Shown: positions 45,804-59,413, counted from the stretch's first letter. The stretch is DNA of 64,000 bases from Klebsormidium nitens (GCA_000708835.1 DF237119.1:62001-126000), one strand, 5' to 3'. Program-made: numbers and translations. The notes: generated by a model not told the origin, from the sequence alone.

Positions 45804-47573
45804 ATTGTTCAAGTCGAGGGTTCTGGTTTGGATGGGCTGAGACGGAGACCGTTGTATTAACGTGCAATAAGAGATCATTTGCACAATCTCGAAGGGGATA
45901 AAGTAGTCGCGGAAGTCTAGTTAAGAGTGATGACTGACCGAAAGTGTAAAGTAGATTTACGGTGTGCCGGCCCGTGGGCCCGTACTGAGATGACGGTAGC
46001 AAGGTAGATCTAGACATGATGCAAAAATTAGATGTTAGCTAGCACGGCCGCCACGGAAAACAAGCAGGCCCGGAGCTAGCAGGCAACTCGGAGTTACTCG
46101 CTCTTAATGATTCGAGCCGCCGGACCATACATGTAAACAATGCCAACCATTGTGGCTTGGCAGCCTCCGCTGGCCCAGCTTAAATCATTCCTGATGAGCC
46201 GCGGTTCGAACAGCCGCTCTGGTCATGCCAGCATTTGCGATAGTTCTGAAGTCGTCGGATGCACACGTCATTCGCTACTAGGGGTCCTCCCCTGGGTACT
46301 TCAGGCTGACAGCTAACATGATACGTCCTCTCCGATTGCAAGCTGCATGGGCCGGGCTCATGCATAATCTGGCCCGGCCTGCTTGAGGCTAGCTGTTGAT
46401 CCCCGCTCAGTTTGTTCGGCACCCATTGCGCGTTGTGGATTGAACGTACGCGAGCAGCTGTCGCCATCGATCGGCATGCGCGCAAAGGACGCTTGACTTA
46501 TGTATGGCTCGCGGGCGACCGTCTGGCGCAGTCACACTGGTCCCATTGCCTGATCTTGAAATCCGCGAAAGGATCGATCAACCCAGTGACCATCACCGTA
46601 TCAAGTGGAGAAAGTATTTGTAGAGATCTGCATATGGCAATGAGGAACGGTGGCTCGGACCGGGCAGGATTATCAATGTAATAATACCCAATACACATGG
46701 AGATTCGATTTAAACCTGTTCGGCCGCGTCCGGTGGGCCATGCGGCTAGCGCGGCAGCCAAGGATGCTCTCTTACATGGACTTAAAAAGAAATGATAAAG
46801 TATGTGCGGCAGCTATTTTAGCTAGCTTCAAATGTTGAATATCGCGTAGGCTTGCTTCGTGCTTAATTGCTAAGAAGCTACTGGGTACATACTGGCTATC
46901 TTTGAACAATCATTACTGTATGCAACCTAAGAGGAACATGAAACGCGCAAGTGTGCTGTCCTCGAGTGTCACTATCAGTACTCGTGAGCTTATGTCATCT
47001 GGATTCACGTCATTTGACGTGTTCTTACATTTCAGATCACAGATCCCATTAATCTGCCAAGGTTCCATTATGTAGTCTCCTCGTGTCGTATTCTCAACGG
47101 AAGAAGTTGTTTCCAGCTTTTCGTGTTGATCCTGTTCGTAAGTCTATACCAACTTCTGAATTTTCGCAAGCATACGCCCTGCACTAAAGCTACGCGATAT
47201 AGTCACGGGCAACGCATGCAAACGAATGACTATCTAAGGATTCTAGAGGGCCAGCCGCCTGCGCCGCAGAGCAGCTTGGGCCCCCGGGAGACGCCTCGAT
47301 TCCCGGTCAATATTGTCATGCCGACTAAACCCGTTTCACACCTAGCCAAATTTCTATCTCAGCAGGCCCGGAACAATTGTTTAGTCGGCCTGGGGATAAG
47401 CTCGTCCATTTTTCTTCAAGGGGCCAGCTCTCCGCGCCACAGAGGTTTCTGGCCCTCGGGGAGAGGCGTCTCCCCGGCAATTCCATTCGAACCACATGTT
47501 TACACCTGAAACTCTAAAAGCCTCAGAAGTCTAAATTCCTGCACACTTTCTTCCGGGCCCCCGAAAAGAGGAC

Positions 47574-49936
47574 CTAGCCTCCCAAGGCTCTGGTGTCACG
47601 TGGTTCCGGAACCACCACGGTGGGTACCGGGCAGTGCTGGACCAGGTGGGAGCTCACGCTGCCCAGTCGGAAGCGGTTACTGCGCAACCGGGGAGGAGAT
47701 TACCGTTAACCGACCAACCGGGGAGGAGATTACCGTGAACCGACCTCCCTCAACGGGTGACAAATGGGTGGGCCAGAAAGAAGTAGTCTCAAAGTAGGCA
47801 AGAGCCTTGTGTCTGAACGAGCCAATAATCATCCGCAAGCGCAAAGAAAGCAAGAGAGATGTCAAATTGGACAAGAGTCAAGGGCTCCGCGCTCCTCTAC
47901 TCTCGACCTAGGTTCCGTGCAGAGTTGATTATGGAGTTTGCTGGTCCAAATACCGTCGTGAATGTGCCGAGGGATAGAACTTTGATTGCTACCCCGAGGC
48001 GCAAAATACAGGACCAGACTTTGTATAACCTTCTGTAAACAGCGCTTCCTTCCCGACGCTGTTTTGAGGTAGAAGGGGAACAAGGAAGACAGGCATCTTA
48101 AACCAAGTCGCCCTAAGCTTTTGGAAAGTACCCGTCCGAAGTCTGCAAGGTTCCTGATGAGCGGGTCGTCGAAGCTGACACATCATGTCGGAGACCTTTC
48201 TAAAAATCTGTTATTGTGCCCCTTACTTGTGGGGGGGTGTCGAGCTGTCGGCCGCCCCCCGGGCGCCCAGCACGACCATGTCAACGGGGTGCTCGCTGAC
48301 GTACTTGCTGACCTGCTCCCGGGGATCCCCCACCACCACCACCAACTCGGTGCGAACCTGCGGCCAACATATCACGAGTCCGTGAACCCGGGAACTTGCG
48401 TTACCCTGGCAGTCGGTCCAGACTGCAAACCAGATTCTAGAAATCTAAAGCTTGTTATCTGCAGTGCGTCCATCATAGGACGTACTGGTTGGAGATCCTG
48501 AGGTTGGAGCCTCCTTCCGAAGATATTCCTCCCTCTCGTGTCACCCGTCGAGCAGTCCCAGTGGGGACTTCGTTCCATGCTTTCAACCCCATCCATTTAC
48601 TTCACAGCAGGCTTGCTTCAGGCCCCGAAAAATAGACCACGGACGGAACGCGTGCTGATCGGTTGTCTCACGAACCACTTTTGGAAGCATGGTTTTCTCG
48701 CAGCGTCTCACCCCGGTGCTTGCAGCGCGCTCTTGAAAAACTTTGAGGCTCTCGCGCGCCGCGGCTTCGGACTGTCGGACGACCGCGGCCCGCTCCTCGG
48801 TGGTCATGTTTAGGATGACCGGGTGGTTAAAAACTGGACAAAGCAGATTAAAAGAGTCTGGGTTTACAGCTGGTTAGTGGACTTAAACCGGGTGTGGAAA
48901 ATCCATTTCGTGGCTGCACGAGAAGAACCCGTGTCTCTGAGACAGAAGATGAGTAGGGAGAAAATGGATTACTTTCGAGAGGGACGCTGCACAGGTCTTA
49001 TGAAAATATATGGTCATCGATTTCTAAAGAAAGGGGAAAGGAAGTGCGAGGTTCAGGTCAGCCTCGAGAGATGTTGAATGACGTAAGCGCCGGGCAAGGC
49101 TTTGAGCCTGATAAACGCTTTGAAGAGGACTGCAACAGGCTCATTTGGCTGCACTTATAGAGGTTTGTACACTGCAGCCGAGCTTCTGAGTTGGTCATGC
49201 GCAGGGGCAGTCTCGAAAACCAGAGCTTCAAAGCTCGTCAAGTTCCAGAATGCCTAATCAGACTTCCCCTATAATCGCTATTTATAGCATGTTTCTAGCA
49301 GGACTCTGGACGGATGACTAGGGTCTGTGGACGGCAGAGAAAGCTCTGAAGTGCGAGCGAAGGGGATCGAAGATGGAAATCTTAGTCTCGTGTTTCTTCT
49401 TGAGAGGCTTTCTTCGTTTTTCCATACTGATATTCGTACTGAAGGTGTCGAAAGAATCGCATTCATTGCCAGTACCACCTTGCAATACTGGAGACTCTCA
49501 GCTACTCTTCTCTTTTCAAAATACAGAAGCAACGATTAGAATCTTAAAACGTCGGAGAACCTGCAACAGCAGATAGCCAGGACAAACTCTCCTGCCTCCT
49601 CTGAGGGTTTGACGTTACAGCTGTCATCCGCGGGTCACGATTGGTCCAGTTACGCATCGAAAGTTTCCTACATTGCAGAGTCAGGGATGTCCTTTTTGAC
49701 CTCCAATCTCGTTTTAAGGGGCCTGGAGTCTCACTGTTCAAGGGCTTGAGGGCGTGGAACAGGATGACGCGATCCTCTGGGCCGCAGATGATTTTGTGCA
49801 GGGCAAAATGGAATGCCCGGTGGGAGTGCTCCGAGCCATCGATTGCGCACAGCACGGTGCGCGCTCCATGCGCGCCCTCGCGGCGCGGCCGCGCAGCGCT
49901 CGCCGAAGAAGCTCCACCAAACGTCGCCTCTGCCAT
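47574..49936 (-). CDS. Universal stress protein (USP-A)
   Basis: Exons 49936-49735, 48833-48712, 48357-48227 and 47679-47574 are in phase. Motifs: TVLCAIDGSEHSHRAF, VVVGDPREQV, PVDMVVLGARG, RLGSVSSHLVQHCPVPTVVVP. Confidence 0.9.
47685..47744. repeat. 30-bp tandem duplication next to the USP-A intron 3 acceptor
   Basis: CAACCGGGGAGGAGATTACCGT(T/G)AACCGAC occurs twice. Confidence 0.9.
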
Positions 49937-52798
49937 CGTGCTCCCTACCTGGCTTCGCTCCGCAAGGACAGAGATCCTGAAAGCCTTTCTCTCCTCAGAA
50001 ATCCAGAGTTCAAAACGCTAAGAATCAAAAATGCATCAGGAAGGGATTTCGTTTTTCGTTCTCAGAAACTCTGCTTTTCAGCGGTCCTCTCCATTGATGA
50101 TCCAGAAGCGGAGCCTCCAACAATGCTGCTCGAGCAAGGAGGAGTAAGCATTTTCATGCTGTTGTCCCTGCTTCATGATTCAAAGCTCACATTTAGTCAA
50201 ACACAGGAAGACGAGGCTGCGCTCTCTTTGACCAAATCAGCGGCTCGAAGTCTTCGAAAGAGCCTGCATATGCCTCTTTCTGCCTGACCCTAATTGCCAT
50301 GCAAAGCCCTCAGTGACGCGCTCTAATAAAGCTTCCAATCTTTTTTTCTTGCATGCCAACCTGAGAGGTCTTTAACGGGGCAATCTCATGACGATCGCGA
50401 TGACTGTACATGAAAATCCGCGAAGTTTCGCGGTGGCGGAAGCTCCTCAAAATGCAGTGGGTTCACGTCGTCCCCTCAGACAGGGTTAGCTACCGTTCCG
50501 GCCGTATGTCGTACTCGCTGGCAGACAAACAGAGGCTAAGATTGGATGTGGTTAAGGGCGGACTCTGGCCGGAACCTCTTACTTACCTTGGACAGAAAGG
50601 GGCGCGGTGGACCCCTGTTGACGCTTATATTCAGACGGTCCAAGATCTGGTGCAGGTGTCGACGATCCGGATCAGATTGAGGTTAGGCATTCGTGAGCAT
50701 CGGGGTGACGAATCAGCGCATCAAGGAGGAGACAAACACATGCCAGCTTGCGCATGACTCAGCTGTAGAGTTTCAAAAGCCCACAAGTTTGCGAGCGCTC
50801 TGCTCGAGCCCCTTACGTGCAGGCATACGATATATGGTCATGCTCGCGGAGGCTCGACCATCAGGACATGGCTTCCGAGTAAAGTTGTTGATCACGTATG
50901 CAGGCGTTGCAACATATGTACTTTTCTCAAGTCGCTTGAAAGTATGCTATCATAAGCATTTCTCACCGAATGACTCGGGCGCTAGGAAGTCGGCCGATTC
51001 ATGGGCAGAAGCTCCTGCGGCAATGACTGCCGCGTCGGCCAAGTCCAGAGTGGAAGCAAATTTGGTAGTCGATGGTGGGCATGAAAGAGCCATCCGAGAG
51101 CTCACCAGTTTTGCATGTCACTTTGCAGATTAATCTTTCATTTACAACGCGTTCCAACCGGATGGCCTACATTATCCACAATGATAAGGTCTACTGCGGT
51201 CGTTCCGACTCGCATATGCTAAGGTCCTCAAGTCTGATTATCATGATTTGACACGGCATGTGGGTGCGAGCCTCTGCCGCAATGCCACAATTAGTTCGAA
51301 CCGAAGACCATGCCGTGTGATTGAAGCACCTCTCAAAACAAACGCTTCCCTAGCTCGCTTAGGAACGTTGCACCTCAAGAGAATCACACCATTTGAGTTC
51401 CCTGAAGTTGCACTAGAACACCAATTCTACTATCTCTGACTGGCCAAGCTTTCTGGCCGGCTTCCATCGCAGATGAGTATGCCAACCGCTTATGATAAAT
51501 ATGTTGCTTTTTCTTACAACATCCCAGCAATCCCCCCCTTTCCAATCTACTTGCCGTTTGTGTCGTAATTACTGCTGAAACCCTGCACGCGCGTATAAAG
51601 GAATGGGCTTAACGACTCCGACTTGGAGGATCAAGCAAGCTTGTTGGAGTACGGCCTCACGAGTTGCGGATTGTCGATCACCTGCCTCCAGATAAACGGC
51701 GTACAAATCTGGCTTTGCCTCAAAAAGTGAGCACGCATCTTCTGCAAGTCGCGTTGCCCAATAGCTGTCCGTTCGATCCAATCACTGTCCTAGAAGAAGT
51801 TAACTGAATAACTCGCGAGATGGAGAAAAAGAGCAGACTTCCTACAATCTCGTGCGGACCCAGACAGCAAGAGTGGACGGAAAACGGATTAGGCAAGCGC
51901 AATGTGGGCCTCGGGTAAGCAATCGGGGAAACAGGCCTGCTCGAATACATGGCAACCACTCGGAGCGACAACTCTCGCCACCTAGAGCATGCCATAGCGT
52001 ATTGCCTTTCGCCGGAAATCAGTGCATCCGGAATCCACAAGGACGGCGCCGGCATACAGTCCACTATGAGTGAAATCTTCGAGAAGCAGATTGGCCGACC
52101 GGCTACGAATGCGACAGCAGAGAATCCACTCGGTGCACTAGACCCCAAGTACCTACGTGTTTGCTCAACTCTGTAGCAAATTTGGATTCCAAGATACTCG
52201 GTCGACACCGGAAGCAGAGGCTTGTCAACTTACTTCACTGGTTCAGATGGCATCTCCGCGTCCCAGTCCGGTGCCCAGCCGCCGCCCCTTGATGGTCTCG
52301 GTTACCGTCGTGTTCTGCTTCCCTCGTTCCGTCTCTTCCGTTTTGCGGCCCTCCGAGGGAACCGAGCATGCCTTGAGGGGAGTTTGAGGTTGTCTCGGTG
52401 TTGGGGCTACAAAAACGGACGAGGCTCTGCAACAGCCAACGTCTTCGCCCTGCTCTGCTTCTCCGCTGCTCAGCGCCCTCGGGAGGTTGAGCATGTCAGC
52501 CATTTCAGGTTTCCAACTTTGACTACGGTTGACAGGTGGAGAACATTCAAGGAGCGCTGATGGCGTACTATACTCGGAGCTGGTCGGTATGACTTCTTCC
52601 CCAAGACGAGAGCGACCGCGCTAGAATGACTTCCAGAGAGGTTATATGCTTGCTGACTGTCCAAGGGCCCGCGAACTACGCAACCCTGACCTCGGGATAA
52701 GGGCTTTCAGCAGCCTGATGTCCTTAGGCGACATCCGCTCAGATGCAAGGTGCCCCGCAAACTATCTAGTTGGCTTCAATTGGGGAACCGCCTTCTAC

Positions 52799-54035
52799 TC
52801 AACTTGCCAAGTCTCGTGACTCGCCTGCACGGGAGATCACGCCCGTTGCAATAGTGCTTTGCAAGGCGTGGCAGTCCACTGAAGCCCCCTCGCTTCGACG
52901 TAGATTTCTGCAGCTTCCGTCTGCTTCGGCTCGGCTCAAGTTCCTGCTATTTTGCAAAGCCCGTAAGCTCCGTTTCACAGACCGACTTTGGAGGTTTTTT
53001 TCATGAAAGCACTTCTTGCAATATTGTCTCAGCCCGTCAATGCTTCCCGCTTTATACCAGTAATCCTCGGCCGCCTTCAGTTGTTCGCATGCGTGACAAA
53101 CCTTCTCCGACGGTACCCACGTGCCATCCGCTCGCCTTGTCACTATCACTGTTGCGCCTTCGGCCGCAAAGATCGGTCGCTCTTTCTTTGCCCGCCCTTG
53201 CACGTGCGGCCGCTTGCAATAATCCTCCGCCATGCAGGCCTGACACAATCTCTGCAGCCCCCGTTGGTTTCGGGGTTCCTTTTCAAAGAGGGTCTTGTCT
53301 TTTGTCTCACCGCAACAGGGACAGTATGCTTGCCCCTTGGGAACAACCGCCGCAAGGCGCCTCCGCGCTCGGGAGACCTGCGAGAGGCATCCCCGGCAGA
53401 GGTAGTGCACGCCGTCTGGGGACGAGCGCAGCTTCTTGAAGTCGCGCCGGCTGCGCAACTTCAGGCACATGGCACACAGCTTCTCGTGTTCAGTGGATGT
53501 CACCACAACCTGCAAGCCATTGCAGTTGACTGTTTTGGATCCCAACGGTTCCGAAACCAAAGTAAGGAAACTGGTGACTTCGACCACAGTCTATGTATAA
53601 GAGGCCAAATTATGACGCTGGCTCTCTACACTCGGATTGCTTGCTCTCCAGGAGAAACGAGCGCGCAAACGGTATGTAGTTAGCCACAGCTACTCGGCAA
53701 CGGGCCAAGGACATGGCATACTGCATTGCAAACAAAAACTACGTCCGAAACAGAAGACTTCATCTGCAAATGGTATGCCTCTAGCTTCTGAGCAACACAG
53801 TATAAGCCTTCCGGTGCCTTCTTGAGTTCCGCTTAGTGCAGGGAGCAAGGTTAGCATTCTCAGTAGCTTGGCTCACCTCTGACAACACTGCTCCAGGATG
53901 CACCTCATTCAACGGACGCACACCAGACTCCAAGGACAGCTCTTTGTTTGCAGCTGATACTGGCGTTGCCACTCTTGCCAGAGCTCTTGAGGAGCCCTTT
54001 TCACCCTGCACAACCAAAAGATCTGCTTGGTTCAT
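52799..54035 (-). CDS. Triple C4 zinc-finger protein, paralog 2
   Basis: Main exon starts at 53509 (TTGCAG|GTT); probable first exon 54035-53877 (phase-0 GTGAG donor). Units CAMC..F..SPDGVHYLCRGC, CPCC..F..RGLQRLCQAC and CHAC..Y..IDGLRQYCKKC are colinear with paralog 1. The 3' end may be spliced. Confidence 0.8.
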
Positions 54036-56338
54036 CTACTTAGTGAACGTAATTCTTCCGATAAACCGCACATCGCCTGCCAAGACAGTGTCTGGGTTGT
54101 TTGGTTCAGAAGCTTGTTATAGAATCAGAACCATCTCTGGCTTCCTAGTGGGGCAATAGAAGGACCGATCGCTGTAAGATAACTGGCTCGTCATGCTGTG
54201 TTCAGAGAAGTGCAAGAATCCGCGGACCCCCCTAAAACAGACCTTGCCTCCCGAGCTGGGAGCGGGAAGTATTCTGGATCAACTTGAGTTCGCTATCGGT
54301 CATCCAGGAGTATTTATGGCTCAACTCCTCCCGAGAAAAAGGATCAGCATTTGCCCACCCCGTAAGGTCACCCACGAAGGTTCATACTCCTGACTGAAGA
54401 CTTCAAAGCGCTAATTCACGACGCCAAGCGCCTCACCGTGTGCTTTACATTGGCCCCCCTTTGCCCAGGCTTGTTTGCTTCTCTGGCGTCGTCGCTTGTT
54501 TGCTTTTGACGGCCCCCACTCCAGAGTTTCCTATCAAAGAGCGAGAGATGTCGGACAAGTGAAGGGCTTCTTTGGGGTGTCCTCAAGGCTGCTCTGCAGC
54601 CTGGCAAAAGTCTGAAGAAGAAAGCCATCACTGTCACCGTGCTGTGTACACGACGAATTGGACATGAGCTAGGATATGTCTCGCTTCTCTGTGAACAAGC
54701 TTGCAACTGGCCTTTGGGATAGCAAGTACACCAGAAATGATACCAGCATGATACTTTCGTTCATTGAAAGAGATTCACGTCTCTACCCAAGGCTTCATCC
54801 ACGAAGAGCCCGGCTGACACAATTGCCTGCAAAGCGCCTGCACAAAGATTTATGCAGCTCGCACGGTCCTGGCATCATGGATCTGTGGCTGACCGCTGGG
54901 ATTCGGAACCTCCTTGCTCAGAGCTTCAAGTTCGTAACACTGACAGAGGGCTGACAGATTGCGCCTGCCCGTTTCAGTTGAGCGCTGGTTTGAAGTTGAT
55001 CGAACACAAGATTTCCTTCACTTGCCCGCTTCCTAGCTGCTGCTTGAAAGGCTCGGCGATGAATGGTGACGGTCACTGCTGATGACTTTGCACCGTCGAT
55101 TATCCAGCTTACTTTCAAGGCTCTTATCGGACGGCTGCTGCTTCCGAATTCCATGTTTCAAAATCGATCGACGGCTCGCAATGCTCCTCTTTGAAAGGGC
55201 ACAAAGCCTGCCCCAGGGGATCCCTCGGTCGCAGGTCCAGGGCTTGAAAGTTTGCATGAGCACTTTAAATTTGAGCAGCCGTTTGCAATATATCTAGAGC
55301 GGAACTCACAGCTGGAGAAGGTCCTCCACTATGGAGCCGAATGGGCTAGTACAATTGCCTCCCGCAATAGCATAGGGATCTGCCAAGCAAAAATATAAGC
55401 TGCAGTAACTTCGCCACTCATTTAAGAAATCTGCAAGTCAGCGCCAGCAAGTGGGCTTTCAGTGACAAAAACCCTTGCAGCAGATGACTTCAGAGATACA
55501 GTTGTCAGCTTCGGAAAAGGTTTGAAGAATTGTGAGAATTTTCGACAGCGAGGGCCCTTGCAGCCAGTGTGTTCCTCTCTGCACCGTCTTGTCATTGTGT
55601 GTGCTTTGGAGGTGCACATCAGTAATATCCCATAGGGCGTGGGCTCAAAGACCCCAGCGACTGTTCATGGTATGCAAGCTTGCAAGCTTCATGAAGACAC
55701 GCACTAGATAATGAATGCTGATCCGAGATTACTTAGAAGTCGTGCAAATATAGCGCTCCAGTAAGGACGGCGAAATGCGCAATCTTACTGCATGCATGCT
55801 GGCAGTCTGGAAATCTATAGCAAATCTGCACGTTTTGGCAGATCCAAGAAACCAATTGCACGTGGGAGCAATGTTCACCGCCCATGAGCAAGTAGGACCC
55901 GGTGCATGGTGTTCACTGCAACAGTCAGGGGGTTACATACTTACTTTCAGCGGTTGGCATTACACGTACCTTTCACTACTGACTTTGAGAATCGAGTACA
56001 CATCTCTACAAGACGCAGCTCGGAAGGTTTTTCGGCAATGTCAATCGGCTCTTCCGCGGTCACAGTCAGGACCCAAGTCGTCGCATCGCAAGCGCTGGTT
56101 CCCGAATCCTCAAGCGCGGGACCTTTCAGCCACTTTTCAATTGAGTCCATAACGGTGCGCCCATCTGGTCTCTTCCGCGGCACCCAACCTCTGACATTCA
56201 TCTACAAACCTAACTCCCTTGACTGGTGTTCACAAACCTTCCAATCAGCAGCCTCAGAGGGCTGGTAAAATCTAGTGGTCTTCGAGAAGGACGCACTTGA
56301 AGCCGCGCGGCCCCGTTTGCTCCACGTTCCGTTTCCGT

Positions 56339-58714
56339 TCATGCGTACATGGGCGCCGTTCCCGCCTGGGGCACCACGGTCACCGGCACCGGACTGTTTG
56401 CCACCAAGTGGCTGCCGACGCTGCCGAGGAAGAGACTGCAACACAGGAAGGAATCTTCCTACTCCCATCATACAGTCTATTATTAGTAGTTTGGGGTAGA
56501 GTCAAGGGACGTCGACTGCCTGCTGACAGGTGACGAGATAATCGATTCGTTCAATATCCACCGACTATTGTTCAAATAGCAATTTCGATAAGATGTCGCC
56601 TTTGTCAATTGGGCCCAGAATCACGTTTGGATAGTCTGCAGCCAAGCTTGATCCGCCCTGCAAAGCTGCTCCTTTCAACTACCAGCGTGCGGAGGAACTT
56701 GAAGGTCGAAGAGACCTAAAATGTATCTCGGATTTGAATGGGATTTCAGTTCTATCGAGCACGATCATGTTTTTGCAACATCTTGCGGATTCGACGGCTT
56801 GCCTTCGGCAAGATGCTTTGATTCTTGACAGGAGCTCCAATCTGCTTGAACCCTGGCCAGGAAAAGTGTTCTCGAGAAGATCTCTAACTTCAAAGCTGCG
56901 GATAAGCAAAGACTGGATTGATCCACGGTAAGACAAGCACCGCAGCAAAAACCCAGTTACACAGCTGGGAGTAAACAAACCTGAGTTCGAAAGTGGATCG
57001 AGGAGGCTTTACCGCGCCACGGCGCTGAGGCCCCGGTTCCCGACCACCAGCATGTCCACCGGGTGCATCGCCACGTACTCCTGGATCGCGTCTGGGGGAT
57101 CCCCCTCAATGATGGTCTAGTTACACGGAACCTGGTCGGGAGAGTCACACCGCGCAGTTAGACGACCGGTTAGGCAACTGGTTGAAAACATGCAGATCGG
57201 CGCCACGTTGATTTGCGAGGGTCCGTTGTGAGAATGCTACGAAGAGTTTGAGAGAAGGGAACCGCAAAAGGAGTCTTTTGCTGGGGCCAGCCTCCAAACG
57301 AATGCAAAAGATTCGTTGCTTCTCCTTCACGACCCTATATTGTCATACGTTGATTCTACCTCAAAGCGCAAAGTTGAATGAAGTCTAAGCTCGAGGCCCA
57401 GATGAATTGAAGAAACGCGGGACGCCTTCTCGGCATGGCCCTGGGAGTGAGCATCCAACTTCCGAAGATCTGAGACTGTGAGCGCACCACATTCTAACTG
57501 CATAGAGAGGGGCTTCCAGTCTTCGTTCAAAACTGTCTGATCAGACCACCACAGAACTGGTAAATTGGAAGACTCAATCCTTACTTTATCAAAAAGCAGC
57601 TTTCCCAAGTCTTCTTCCAGAAGGAGCGTTACAAGTGAGGAACAAAACTCATCAAAACGAGACGCTATTCAGGACTCAGACGTTCATAAAAAACAGACGA
57701 GGCTCACCCCGGCAAGTTCGGACAGCTGCTGCAGCTCGTGTCGCGCTTCTTTGCGTCGCGCCTCGTCCTCTTCTTGAAGGATCCGCCGCTCGTGGTCGCT
57801 GTACACGGCCTCCTCGGCTGCGAAGGCGGCTGAAAAGATTCTTTCGCGTGAGCGAATCGTTTTGAGGGAGCTCAGTCGACCTTCCAGAGTTGCTCTCTTG
57901 AATCGGCAAAGACTTCCTCTGAACGGCTTGTAGAGTTGAGTCATAGTGGCGATTGGCCGTAGCTGAGGACATGATTGTGATTTGGGCCTTACGGCCAATT
58001 GACCGTAGTTCAGAGTTCTCAATTCAGTCGCGAGCCGATTTGAGCATTTCCAATGTGGTCCTAGACTGCTGAGTCGCAAAGCAATAGGTTTCTGTGATCA
58101 AACTGGTGATCAAATAAGGTGTCTTGGACCGAAAGTATACCATTGTCATTCTGAGAAAGAAGGGCCAACTGATCAAAGTTTTAGCATCAAGCTAGACACT
58201 ATCATGTACCCAAATGATAATGAAGATCCAGATCTCATACCGGTGCCTGTTGTTGATTTGAAATTCAAGTGTGTCGCACCTGCATCAGTCCCCAGCCCTG
58301 CCAACATCCTACATGAGCTTCTAAAGCATCGACCTGCTTCCTGCTACATTTATCGATATTCATCAAATTTACTGAGCCAACATCTCACATTTTGCTAACC
58401 CCCGGTGCAAGTTTTTGCCATTCTGCTTCCAGAAAATCAGAACTGAAATCTGCTCGAAAGATTGTGTCCAACTCACGGTTCATGGGCTCAAAGGCCCGCA
58501 CCAGAGTGACCCTATCCCCACGCTCCGGGTTGACCAGCGTCTCTCTCACAAACTTGAACGCCGCAAAGGACCCCTCAGAACCGTCGATCCCGCACACGAT
58601 GCGCCGTCCGCCCGCGCTCCTGGCCGGCCGAACTTCAGAGGGTTCAGAGGTTTCTGCCTGCTTCTCTTCGGCTTGCTGCGCGGCCGCAGAAGCGGCGGGA
58701 ATCGTGTCCGCCAT
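56339..58714 (-). CDS. Universal stress protein (USP-B); in-frame TAG in exon 3 (pseudogene, or rescued by a shifted acceptor)
   Basis: Exons 58714-58477, 57829-57708, 57131-57013 and 56435-56339. Motifs: RIVCGIDGSEGSFAAF, EGDPPDAI, PVDMLVVGNRG, LFLGSVGSHLV. Codon 5 of exon 3 is TAG (57119-57117). Confidence 0.82.
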
Positions 58715-59413
58715 TTTGGTGGCGCCGCTCTCTGTGCTGCGCGCGTTGCTGCGCCTGTCGGGAAGCTACAACCTCGAAAGATTTTGCCCCATGCCTTTGA
58801 AAAGCGAGAGGCGAGGCACCGGGAGTCGAAGTGCCGTGGTCATTTGAGGATTGAATTCTCTTGGAAAAGCATCTTCATGGCTGAGCAGTTTGCTTTCAGT
58901 GGGCGGAGTTGAGAGCAGATTGTCCGTATGCAGGAATTCAGTTCTTCGGCCTCTCGCGGTGGTCTGAAACGGGAATTGGGCGATCCTGGCCGACGAGGCG
59001 TCGCAGTGTCCACGTCACAACTCGATTCCGTTCTGCTTCGTCACGCGCACAGCGAACCCCCATGCGCAACGATCACCACTCTTTTGAAACCGACTCTGCA
59101 TCAAGGTCGCTGGTTCGACGTAAGCAGAACGAGTGCGCCTCTTCCCGCAGGCTACACCACGTCAACTGTGCTGCGCCCACTGATTTTCAAAGTTTGAGCT
59201 TTTTCTTCCAAGACTAGGAACGCCCCACCAGGAAGACAGCTGTCTGAGGAGTCTGCTCTGGCTGACGCTGCGAGGAAGAGGGATGAATGTCCAACTGCAG
59301 GTCGAGCTTTGAGAAGCATGCTGCAGAGGTGTTGCTTTGAGAGCTTGCGTGAAAGTTAAGGCGGGCCTTGATCAACCCTCTAAGGAGCGCCTGCTCTTCA
59401 GAACCTGAGAAAA

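Noticed and set aside
58385-58476. ORF extension ELDTIFRADFSSDFLEAEWQKLAPG in USP-B; similar read-throughs in USP-A and USP-C
   Set aside because: It lies beyond a conserved phase-1 GTGAG donor shared by all three paralogs, so it is intronic.
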